Positions 1 to 6,689 of a DNA stretch of 64,000 bases are shown here, in pieces. Made by a program: the position numbers and the translations under genes. The DNA comes from Dehalococcoidales bacterium. GTDB lineage: Bacteria; Chloroflexota; Dehalococcoidia; Dehalococcoidales; Fen-1064. The stretch is taken from contig JAURWL010000222.1 in NCBI GenBank assembly GCA_030654965.1, forward strand, positions 20,830-84,829, in the 5' to 3' direction. Within the stretch, counting starts at the first letter, position 1. Each line of letters opens with the position of its first letter. The notes under the pieces are model-generated. The model was not told the origin of the DNA, did no database searches, and worked only from the letters and a program-made list of their open reading frames with translations.

Positions 1-69
1 CGGCAAGAAAAATCCCTCCCAATATCACCCGAAAAGCGAGTACAACCCATTTATTTTTAAGAATGATGT

Positions 70-291
70 TCATCTGGTTTCTTCGGCTATCTCCGCAAAG
101 AGTCGCAAAGTCTCTTCAGCTTCCTGCTGGTCGATGATGCTAATGGCATAGCCGGTATGCAGGAGGACATAGTCACCCACCTTTGCCTCCGGAGTAAGCC
201 AGAGGCTGATACGGCGGGTGATACCACCGATTTCGACCTCCGCCTCTTTACCTTCAATACTTTTGATGAGCGCCGGGATTGCCAGACACAT
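70..291 (-). CDS. hypC: [NiFe]-hydrogenase maturation chaperone HypC/HupF
   Basis: The 73-aa ORF begins MCLAIP, the HypC N-terminal Cys motif. It lies 12 nt downstream of hypF on the same strand. Confidence 0.9.
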   Translation of the reverse strand: MCLAIPALIKSIEGKEAEVEIGGITRRISLWLTPEAKVGDYVLLHTGYAISIIDQQEAEETLRLFAEIAEETR

Positions 292-303
292 TTTCCAATA
301 CCT

Positions 304-2607
304 CTATTTCATAAATTGTGCAATCACTGCCTGCCCCAGGGCAATACCGCCATCATTACAGGGGACAAGGTGATGGGTAAGAACCTGAAAGCCCGCTTTT
401 TCCAATTGTCTCCGGGTCAGTCTCAAAAGCAAACGGTTCTGGAAGACGCCGCCGCTGAGCGCCACCTGATTTAATGCTGTTTCCCGCGCAATTTCCTGAC
501 ACATTCTGACAGTTATCTTTGCGACCGTATTATGAAGTTTTGCCGAGATTTCAGACACAGCTACCTTATTCTTCACGTCTTCAATAATCGCCCGGAATAG
601 TTCTCCCAACCTGATGATTCTCTCACCCGATTCCACCTCAATGCAGAAAGGATAAACCAGTAGTTTATTTTCGTCAATACTATCAGGTGCCAGCATCTCC
701 AGTTCAATCGCCGCCTGTGCCTCATAATCTATTTCCTGACGCACACCGGCAATCGCCGCCACCGCATCGAAAAGCCGCCCGACGCTTGAAGTCAACGGGC
801 AGTTCACTTTCTGCTGGAGTTGTTTCTTTATTATACCAGTCTCTGTATGATTCAACTTCTGCGAGAGAGTATCAGATAGTGTAATATCGCCCAGCAGAGT
901 ATAGAGATAACCCAGCGCCATGCGGTAAGGCTTCTTGATAGCGGCAGCGCCACCGGGCATAGGCACATATTCGAATTGCCCCACCCTTTTAAAACCACGC
1001 CAGTCGGTTACCAGAAACTCGCCTCCCCAGATAGCGCCATCCGTACCATATCCCACGCCGTCAAACGCCACCCCGATGACAGGTCCCTCGACTTTGTTTT
1101 CCACGAGGCAACTGACGATGTGGGCATGATGGTGCTGGATAGTCACCAGCGGTAACTTCTTTTCCACTGCAAGATTGAGTGCATATTTACTCGGCAGGTA
1201 TTCGGGGTGGAGGTCGCAGGCAATAATTTCCGGCTCGATGCGGAAGAGCTTTTTGTATAACTCGATAGTATTCTCAAAGTGCTCCAGCGTCTCCTCGTTC
1301 TCCATATCCCCGATATGCTGACTGAGGAAAGCGTGGTTGTCACGGGTCAAGCAGAAGGTGTTTTTCAGTTCCGCCCCGCAGGCAAGAACCTCTTTCGAAT
1401 TGTACGGCAGAATAACAGGGTAGGGCGCATAGCCGCGAGCGCGCCGTAAAGCCACTGGTTGTCCGTCCTCTACCATGAAAACACTATCGTCGTAACGGGC
1501 ATAGATACCGCGGTTGTGAAGTATAAAATAGTCAGCAATACCCTTCAGTCTCGTGAGTGCCTCATCATTGTCTTTGGCAATTGGCTCTTCACTGAGGTTG
1601 CCGCTCGTCATAACTAGTGGAACGCCCGCCTCATTGAGCAGGAGATGGTGGAGAGGAGTATAGGGCAACATCGCGCCAAGGTAATCGAGGTTAGGTGCCA
1701 CGTTCGGGACAATATCTGAGTCGGCTGTTTTCCATTTCACCAGGACGATGGGGCTTTCCGGCGATTCCAAGAGATGTGCTTCTTCTGAAGAAATGGTACA
1801 GTGTTTCCTCGTTTCCGTGAGTGTTGCCAGCATCACCGCGAAGGGTTTGGCGGGACGCCGTTTTCTCTGACGGAGCAGGTTAACCACCTCAGGGTTTGTC
1901 GCATCGCAGGCAAGCTGAAATCCTCCGAGTCCCCTTACCGCCAGGATTTTGCCTTCTTTCAATAATTGGCTGGCTTTCTGGATGACATCGGTACAATCCA
2001 CTTTTTTCCCGTCTGCACCGACCAGTTCCAGTTGCGGCCCGCAAACAGGACAGGCATTGGGCTGGGCATGAAAACGGCGGTCGAGCGGGTCATGATATTC
2101 CTTTTCACACTGCGGGCACATTTTGAACTCGCGCATCGTGGTTTTGGGACGGTCGTAGGGAATGTCCTCAATGATGGTGAACCGAGGACCGCAGTTAGTG
2201 CAGTTGGTAAAAGGATAGCGAAAACGGCGGTCGGTGGAGTCGAAAATCTCCTGCCGGCAGTCCTGACAGGTGGCAATGTCCGGCGAGACTAATTGGTACA
2301 GACCTTCTTGACGCTCGCTTTCTTGAATCCGGAAGTCTCCATAGCCTTTCGGTGGAAACAATACAACCTGTATCTGCTCGATGCGAGCCTGTGGAGGAGC
2401 CTGCGCTTTGAGGTCATTCAGAAAGTCGTGTACCTCCGACTCCTTTCCTTCTACTTCAATTTCCACGTTGCCGGAGGTGTTCCGCACCCAACCGCGCAGG
2501 TGGTGCTGAGTTGCCAGACGGTAGATAAAAGGCCGGAACCCGACGCCCTGCACCACGCCATGGACACTGATAACAGCCCGTTTTTCCAGTTGTTTAATAG
2601 TGCTCAT
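304..2607 (-). CDS. hypF: Hydrogenase maturation carbamoyltransferase HypF
   Basis: 767 aa. It has an acylphosphatase-like N-terminus (VQGVGFRPF) and two paired CxxC zinc fingers (CQDC..CTNCGPRF; CPQC..CPVCGP). YrdC-like and Kae1-like domains follow. Confidence 0.95.
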   Translation of the reverse strand: MSTIKQLEKRAVISVHGVVQGVGFRPFIYRLATQHHLRGWVRNTSGNVEIEVEGKESEVHDFLNDLKAQAPPQARIEQIQVVLFPPKGYGDFRIQESERQEGLYQLVSPDIATCQDCRQEIFDSTDRRFRYPFTNCTNCGPRFTIIEDIPYDRPKTTMREFKMCPQCEKEYHDPLDRRFHAQPNACPVCGPQLELVGADGKKVDCTDVIQKASQLLKEGKILAVRGLGGFQLACDATNPEVVNLLRQRKRRPAKPFAVMLATLTETRKHCTISSEEAHLLESPESPIVLVKWKTADSDIVPNVAPNLDYLGAMLPYTPLHHLLLNEAGVPLVMTSGNLSEEPIAKDNDEALTRLKGIADYFILHNRGIYARYDDSVFMVEDGQPVALRRARGYAPYPVILPYNSKEVLACGAELKNTFCLTRDNHAFLSQHIGDMENEETLEHFENTIELYKKLFRIEPEIIACDLHPEYLPSKYALNLAVEKKLPLVTIQHHHAHIVSCLVENKVEGPVIGVAFDGVGYGTDGAIWGGEFLVTDWRGFKRVGQFEYVPMPGGAAAIKKPYRMALGYLYTLLGDITLSDTLSQKLNHTETGIIKKQLQQKVNCPLTSSVGRLFDAVAAIAGVRQEIDYEAQAAIELEMLAPDSIDENKLLVYPFCIEVESGERIIRLGELFRAIIEDVKNKVAVSEISAKLHNTVAKITVRMCQEIARETALNQVALSGGVFQNRLLLRLTRRQLEKAGFQVLTHHLVPCNDGGIALGQAVIAQFMK

Positions 2608-2761
2608 CTTCCGCTTTGATTATACCGTAGATTCAGCGGTGTTCACCAATGAGGCATACGATAATGTAGTTCTGAAATCCCTCTTAATCTCCCCCATATC
2701 ACGTACGGGGCAGGCTCTTTTACGAAAGGGAGAAAACAGATGCTTCCCTCTTTGTGAAAGA

Positions 2762-2816
2762 GGGTTCATCCTGAAGGTTTATCCTGAGGTTTTTCTGAAG
2801 GGTTCACCCTGAAGGG
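2762..2816 (+). repeat. Four degenerate tandem copies of a (G)TTCAYCCTGAAGG motif
   Basis: The copies read gggttcatcctgaagg / tttatcctgagg / tttttctgaaggg / ttcaccctgaaggg. An identical 14-mer ttcaccctgaaggg and 13-mer ggttcaccctgaa recur at 46621-46653. Confidence 0.7.
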
Positions 2817-2863
2817 ATTGAGGGAGATTCTAATTTGCCCCGATTATCGGCGGGAATTAAACG

Positions 2864-2896
2864 GTCAAAAAGAAAAGGGAGAGTTCAAACCCTCCC
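2864..2896 (-). terminator. Rho-independent terminator downstream of the nfu-like gene
   Basis: The minus strand reads GGGAGGGTTTGAACTCTCCC followed by TTTTCTTTTT. It lies 70-100 nt after the stop codon at 2969. Confidence 0.65.
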
Positions 2897-2968
2897 TGAT
2901 ACCATGCAATTATTCTACTTCAACCAGGAGAAGAGTCCAATTTTGCCGGATGCTGTCTTCAGGAACGA

Positions 2969-3202
2969 TTAGTCCTCCGCGACGGCAACGACCTCTTTCA
3001 CGGTAGGAATCTCCTGTTTGAGAATACGCTCGACGCCCATCCTGAGCGTCATCGTGGACATCGGTCAACCCGCGCAGTGCCCGGTGAGCCTGACACTGAC
3101 AACGCCATTCTTTACATTGACGAGTTCAATATCACCGCCGTCTGCCTGCAGAGCCGGGCGGATTTGCTCTAATACAGACTGTACCTTTTCTTTCTCTGTC
3201 AT
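2969..3202 (-). CDS. Nfu/NifU C-terminal-domain protein with in-frame UGA (candidate selenoprotein, C-x-x-U)
   Basis: Hand translation gives MTEKEKVQSVLEQIRPALQADGGDIELVNVKNGVVSVRLTGHCAG[UGA]PMSTMTLRMGVERILKQEIPTVKEVVAVAED. This matches the Nfu consensus (..IRPxLQxDGGDxELVxV..GVVxVxLxGACxxCPxSxxTLKxGxExxLKEEIPEVKEVxxV) on both sides of the TGA at 3065-3067. The TGA falls exactly on the second Cys of the CxxC motif. An AGGAGG sits 5 nt upstream of the ATG at 3202. The two halves are 45 and 31 aa, so they are absent from the 60-aa ORF track. Confidence 0.65.
3027..3054 (-). promoter_or_regulatory. Candidate bacterial SECIS hairpin
   Basis: The RNA CGAUGACGCU-CAGGAUG-GGCGUCGAGCG forms about 9 pairs including two G.U and one internal loop. 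The 7-nt apical loop contains GG and begins 20 nt after the UGA. Confidence 0.4.
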
Positions 3203-3271
3203 AGAAACCTCCTGTTAAGGGTATCAAAATTAAGGATAACAGAAATGGAGGGGGAGTGGCAAATTGAGCGC

Positions 3272-3300
3272 TTGACGATTTGGAAATTCAGATGTATTAT
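3272..3300 (+). promoter_or_regulatory. Sigma70-type promoter of higBA
   Basis: TTGACG, a 17-nt spacer, then TATTAT. It ends 20 nt upstream of the higB GTG. Confidence 0.55.
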
Positions 3301-3319
3301 ATACCTATAGGGTGTAAGG

Positions 3320-3616
3320 GTGGAATTAGGGTTCTCGTCAAATCGCCTGGCTAAAGCAAGTGTAAGCCTCTCGGAGGCAAGTCAGCTCTTCGGTGTTCCA
3401 ATCGGTCGAAAGTATATTCAAAGGCTAGCAGTGCTGAGAGCTACGGACAAATTCACCCAGCTCTATGGACATCAGGCACTGAGATTGCACCCCCTAAAAG
3501 AGGACCGCGCCGAACAGCATTCGATAACTCTTACCGGAAACTACCGGCTTATTATTGAAAAGGTCCAAGAAGACAGAGTGCGCATTATGGATGTGGAGGA
3601 TTACCATGGTGACTAA
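3320..3616 (+). CDS. higB: HigB-family toxin (RelE/ParE fold, plasmid maintenance killer type)
   Basis: 98 aa with a GTG start. The C-terminal half, LHPLKEDRAEQHSITLTGNYRLIIEK..VRIMDVEDYH, matches the HigB pattern (..L.G.R.G..S..V.GN.RL.F...D....DYH). Confidence 0.75.
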   Translation: MELGFSSNRLAKASVSLSEASQLFGVPIGRKYIQRLAVLRATDKFTQLYGHQALRLHPLKEDRAEQHSITLTGNYRLIIEKVQEDRVRIMDVEDYHGD

Positions 3617-3893
3617 GACCAATGCATACCCTGACATTGCTATCCCTCCCGGTGAGTACCTGGCGGAGGAAATCGAAGCGCGGGGTATCTCTCAGAAGGA
3701 ATTAGCAAAGCGCATGGGACGGCCATTGAATGCTATTAATGAGATTATCAACGGGAAGAAGTCAATTACAGCCGAGACGGCACTACAGCTTGAGGAGGTT
3801 ATGCCTGAGATACCCGCACGGTTCTGGCTAAACCTGGAGACCGACTACCAGCTCATCAAGGTGTTGATAAGCAAACGTACTAAAGTTGCGTAG
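3606..3893 (+). CDS. higA: HigA-family antitoxin (XRE-type HTH)
   Basis: The ATG at 3606 overlaps the higB stop (ATGGTGACTAA). PPGEYLAEEIEARGISQKELAKRMGRPLNAINEIINGKKSITAETALQLE is the HigA HTH. Confidence 0.8.
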   Translation: MVTKTNAYPDIAIPPGEYLAEEIEARGISQKELAKRMGRPLNAINEIINGKKSITAETALQLEEVMPEIPARFWLNLETDYQLIKVLISKRTKVA

Positions 3894-3977
3894 GTGAGGT
3901 GAACCTCTAAAACTTGACACTTTGAGCCGGGATAGTTGAGCGAGATTGAGTTTAACCGCAAGAGGAGAAAGTGACCG

Positions 3978-4841
3978 TTGAACCGTCATACACGCTATCA
4001 GGGTGCAATAGTCAGAGACCACCATATTCTCTTAATTCGGCACCGTGAACATAACACCGGACGGTCCTATTGGATTTTCCCCGGCGGTGGTATGGAACTG
4101 GATGAAACAGAGGAAGCATGTGTCCAGAGGGAGATGAAAGAGGAAACCAACCTTGGCGTCCGAATTATATCTCTTCTATTGGACGAAGCTGGCTACCCAG
4201 GTGGAGTCTACCAGCGTTTAAAGACCTATCTTTGTGAAATAACAGGTGGCAGGGCAAGTCCTGGCATTGAACCCGAACCGGAAGTGGCAAGTGAATACAG
4301 TATCGTAGAAGTGAAATGGTTCGACCTGCGCAATGAAGTCAATTGGAACCCTGAACTGGTCAGCGACCCTTTAACTTATCTTCCCCTGCAACACGTTCGC
4401 AGGAGGCTTGGTTATCAACGGCGCTATCAGGGCGCAATAGTCAGAGACCACCATATTCTCTTGCTTTGGCAACGTGTTTTTCCTTCCGGACGAACTGTTT
4501 GGATATTCCCCGGTGGAGGCATGGAGCCGGGGGAAACAGAAGAAGAATGCGTGAAAAGGGAGATGAAGGAAGAGACTGACCTCGACGTCAAAGTCAAGGA
4601 ATTCATCCTCGATGAGCCTGGAGCGCCAACGTACCTTTGCGAACCATTGAGCGGTGATGCTAAGCCTGGCCATGACCCCGAGTACGCTCCTGAAATCGAG
4701 GCAGCAGGACTCCACGGCATCTTAGCAGTGAGATGGTTCGACCTGCGCAGTGAAGCGACTTGGGACCCTGCCCTGGTTAATGACCCTATTATTTATCTTC
4801 CCTTACAGCGCATGCGCAGGAAGCTTGGTTATTTACCCTAA
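3978..4841 (+). CDS. Tandem double-Nudix hydrolase (in-frame fusion of two paralogous Nudix units)
   Basis: 287 aa with a TTG start. It has two Nudix boxes, GGGMELDETEEACVQREMKEETNL and GGGMEPGETEEECVKREMKEETDL. Both halves start RYQGAIVRDHHILL and end ..YLPLQ..RR.LGY. Confidence 0.8.
   Translation: MNRHTRYQGAIVRDHHILLIRHREHNTGRSYWIFPGGGMELDETEEACVQREMKEETNLGVRIISLLLDEAGYPGGVYQRLKTYLCEITGGRASPGIEPEPEVASEYSIVEVKWFDLRNEVNWNPELVSDPLTYLPLQHVRRRLGYQRRYQGAIVRDHHILLLWQRVFPSGRTVWIFPGGGMEPGETEEECVKREMKEETDLDVKVKEFILDEPGAPTYLCEPLSGDAKPGHDPEYAPEIEAAGLHGILAVRWFDLRSEATWDPALVNDPIIYLPLQRMRRKLGYLP
3993..4838 (+). repeat. Intragenic tandem duplication, period 429 nt (143 codons)
   Basis: 3993-4033 and 4422-4462 differ at 1 of 41 nt. 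The 3-prime ends of both units (gtga[a/g]atggttcgacctgcgca..) are also close, while the middles are diverged. Confidence 0.85.
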
Positions 4842-4948
4842 ACAATATAGAACAACTAGAAAAAATTGGATACCGTATCACCCCTACCGGTGAATTGCGC
4901 GTCTCACCAGCATTTGCGAGAAGGGAAACAGGTGAAGAGGTTAGAGAA

Positions 4949-5335
4949 CTAGTATCTCCCTCCCCTACTACCACCACCAGACCTGCCGCCTCTGCTGCTG
5001 CCACCATAACCACCGCCACCGCCACCGCCACCGCCGCCGTAGTCACGACCGCCGCCTCTGCTGCCGCCGTAACCACCGCCGGGTCTGCTGTCAGTGCGGG
5101 GACGGGCTTCCGCGACCGTTATGGTGCGCTCTTTCAGACTTTTACCGTTCAAACCGGCAATTGCGGCTTCCGCGGCGGCTTTCGTAGCCATTTCCACGAA
5201 CCCAAAGCCCTTGGAACGGCCGCTCTGTCTATCACTGGGGATACTCACCGAAGTCACTTCGCCAAATGCGGCAAATGCCTGTCGCAGTTCGTCCTCCATG
5301 ACATCATAAGATAGGTTACCCACATAGAGTTTCAT
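4949..5335 (-). CDS. RRM-type RNA-binding protein with Gly/Arg/Tyr-rich tail
   Basis: MKLYVGNLSYDV (RNP2) and KGFGFVEM (RNP1) are present. The C-terminus is GGGYGGSRGGGRDYGGGGGGGGGGYGGSSRGG. Confidence 0.9.
   Translation of the reverse strand: MKLYVGNLSYDVMEDELRQAFAAFGEVTSVSIPSDRQSGRSKGFGFVEMATKAAAEAAIAGLNGKSLKERTITVAEARPRTDSRPGGGYGGSRGGGRDYGGGGGGGGGGYGGSSRGGRSGGGSRGGRY
5011..5034. repeat. (CACCGC)x4 microsatellite inside the Gly-rich tail
   Basis: A perfect hexanucleotide repeat that encodes poly-Gly on the minus strand. Confidence 0.8.
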
Positions 5336-5451
5336 ACCAGTTACCTCTCGTTTTGTTCTCTACACCGTGCAGATTGTTGTCCGTGTGCCGGGAGTAATAT
5401 CCCGGGAAGTGAAATAAAATGATTCCGCCACTAGGCTGTGAAACCATGGCC

Positions 5452-5494
5452 TTCAGAAGAAGAAAACACGGGCTAGAATTACCCAGCCCGTGTT
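5452..5494 (-). terminator. Rho-independent terminator after the zinc-ribbon gene
   Basis: A 10-bp stem (AACACGGGCT / AGCCCGTGTT) with a 10-nt loop is followed on the minus strand by TTTCTTCTTCT. Confidence 0.7.
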
Positions 5495-5511
5495 CATGGA
5501 TGCCAAAGGAA

Positions 5512-5823
5512 TTATCTATTCACTCTGACTTTGCGGTAGCAGTCGCTACAATACACAGGCCTATCACCACGTGGTTCAAAAGGCACTTCTGTGCTTTTGC
5601 CACACGCGGAACAGGTCACGGTGAACATGTTGCGTCGTGCACCAAAACTGGAACTGGAATCGCTGCTTCCGTTACGCGCGGTTCTTTTTGCCTGCCGGCA
5701 TGTAGGACAGCGCTTGGGCTCATTGAGATAGCCCCTGGTCTGGAAGAGTTCCTGCTCGTCTGCGCTGAATGTAAAGGTAGCTCCACAATCAGCACATGTT
5801 AGAGACTTGTCCTGGAAACTCAT
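5512..5823 (-). CDS. Double CxxC zinc-ribbon protein
   Basis: Start taken at MSFQDK, with GGAGG 7 nt upstream. Cys pairs are CADC..CPTC and CSAC..CSDC. There is a Ser-rich linker. Confidence 0.7.
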   Translation of the reverse strand: MSFQDKSLTCADCGATFTFSADEQELFQTRGYLNEPKRCPTCRQAKRTARNGSSDSSSSFGARRNMFTVTCSACGKSTEVPFEPRGDRPVYCSDCYRKVRVNR

Positions 5824-5974
5824 AGGATGACCTCCTCTCATAAATATTAGTTAGAGTCTCGGTCATCCTGCACTCGGATAAATCTGCGAGGATTCTACGA
5901 ATTGCGATAACCTACACTTAAACCATTATTATCATAACACGAACTTTGGCGCTTTGCAAAAGACGCCTAAAATA

Positions 5975-6400
5975 TTATCTATCAGCCTGTACTCTCCTCT
6001 TTCTTGCTCTACTGTCCATGTAGTGCTGAAGTCGTTCCCGTGTCGTCACCCATTGACCGCCAAGCTTGATTGCCCACAGTTTTTCTTTTTCCGCTTGCGT
6101 CCTCAATGTGACCGGTGCGATTGATGAGAGTTCGGATGCTTTTTTCAGGTCAATTAATTCGTCAACGCTGTAGGCGGCAAGTTGACCCATCGGGTAACGT
6201 TTGTGGGCATCAAGAATTTCTACGGAAGTGAGCTTCCCGTCTTCCCCATAGTTCAATATCACACCGGATTCCGTTTCATTGCTGGAGCGTAGTGGAGTTT
6301 CCGGAGACCGTAAATATACTGTGAGAATATCTACTTCGGGCTCATATTCTATCTTTAAAGCGCACTTCGATGTTTCTTTTATTTTTATTTCTCTTACCAT
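5975..6400 (-). CDS. DUF2283-like domain fused to a C-terminal HTH (putative antitoxin)
   Basis: 141 aa. The DUF2283-like part is ALKIEYEPEVDILTVYL..GVILNYGEDGKLTSVEILDA. The C-terminus, ELSSIAPVTLRTQAEKEKLWAIKLGGQWVTTRERLQHYM, looks like an excisionase-type HTH. GGAG lies 6 nt upstream of the start. Confidence 0.5.
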   Translation of the reverse strand: MVREIKIKETSKCALKIEYEPEVDILTVYLRSPETPLRSSNETESGVILNYGEDGKLTSVEILDAHKRYPMGQLAAYSVDELIDLKKASELSSIAPVTLRTQAEKEKLWAIKLGGQWVTTRERLQHYMDSRARKRRVQADR

Positions 6401-6409
6401 ATCCAGCTC

Positions 6410-6610
6410 CTATTTGGTATTGATTATCGTCACGACCAGAGCATACGAACCAACCATAATCCAGATTACTCTCAATTTCCCCACTCGTGATTCCCATTTA
6501 TCTTCTTTCTTTAGTCTGTCTCCTAAGAGGATTACAGATTCAACTTCCCTTTGTGTCAGTCTATAGAGCCTTGCCTTGTTTTTTGCGTGACGGCTGAATC
6601 TGATTTCCAC
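6410..6610 (-). CDS. DUF4258-like putative toxin, probably starting at GTG 6610 (ORF track start 6658)
   Basis: (V/M)EIRFSRHAKNKARLYRLTQREVESVI resembles the DUF4258 N-terminus (..FS.HA...M.ER.I....V..V). A consensus promoter lies inside the longer ORF and ends 6 nt before this GTG. Confidence 0.5.
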   Translation of the reverse strand: MEIRFSRHAKNKARLYRLTQREVESVILLGDRLKKEDKWESRVGKLRVIWIMVGSYALVVTIINTK

Positions 6611-6616
6611 TGATTT

Positions 6617-6646
6617 ATTATAAGCGCAAACGCTCATAAATGTCAA
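6617..6646 (-). promoter_or_regulatory. Consensus sigma70-type promoter (TTGACA-18-TATAAT)
   Basis: The minus strand reads TTGACAtttatgagcgtttgcgctTATAATaaatcaGTG. This implies a leaderless or near-leaderless transcript for the DUF4258 gene. Confidence 0.5.
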
Positions 6647-6689
6647 TTTCCTTGTCACTCACCAGTCTCTGCTGATATACTAGACACGT

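Noticed and set aside
1-73. A minus-strand ATG overlaps the hypC stop (ATGA) and opens an ORF, MNIILKNKWVVLAFRVILGGIFLA.., that runs off the window. It looks like a DoxX-like membrane protein N-terminus.
   Set aside because: Only 24 codons are visible. The segment contains the dispersed motif aaatccctccc, also found intergenically at 17509-17523, so it may be repeat sequence rather than coding. It cannot be supported.
3018-3218. The 66-aa plus-strand ORF in the track, and the neighbouring ORFs at 2600-2812 and 2818-3006.
   Set aside because: 3018-3218 is antisense to the well-supported nfu-like gene, is low in complexity and has no RBS. The other two are read-throughs of dispersed repeats (FPLCERG, LKGSP type).
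4789-5314. Ala/Thr/Val-rich ORFs (95 and 139 aa) overlapping the RRM gene tail.
   Set aside because: They are alternative-frame and antisense readings of the GGN/GCC-rich repeat that encodes the glycine tail. They are not independent genes.
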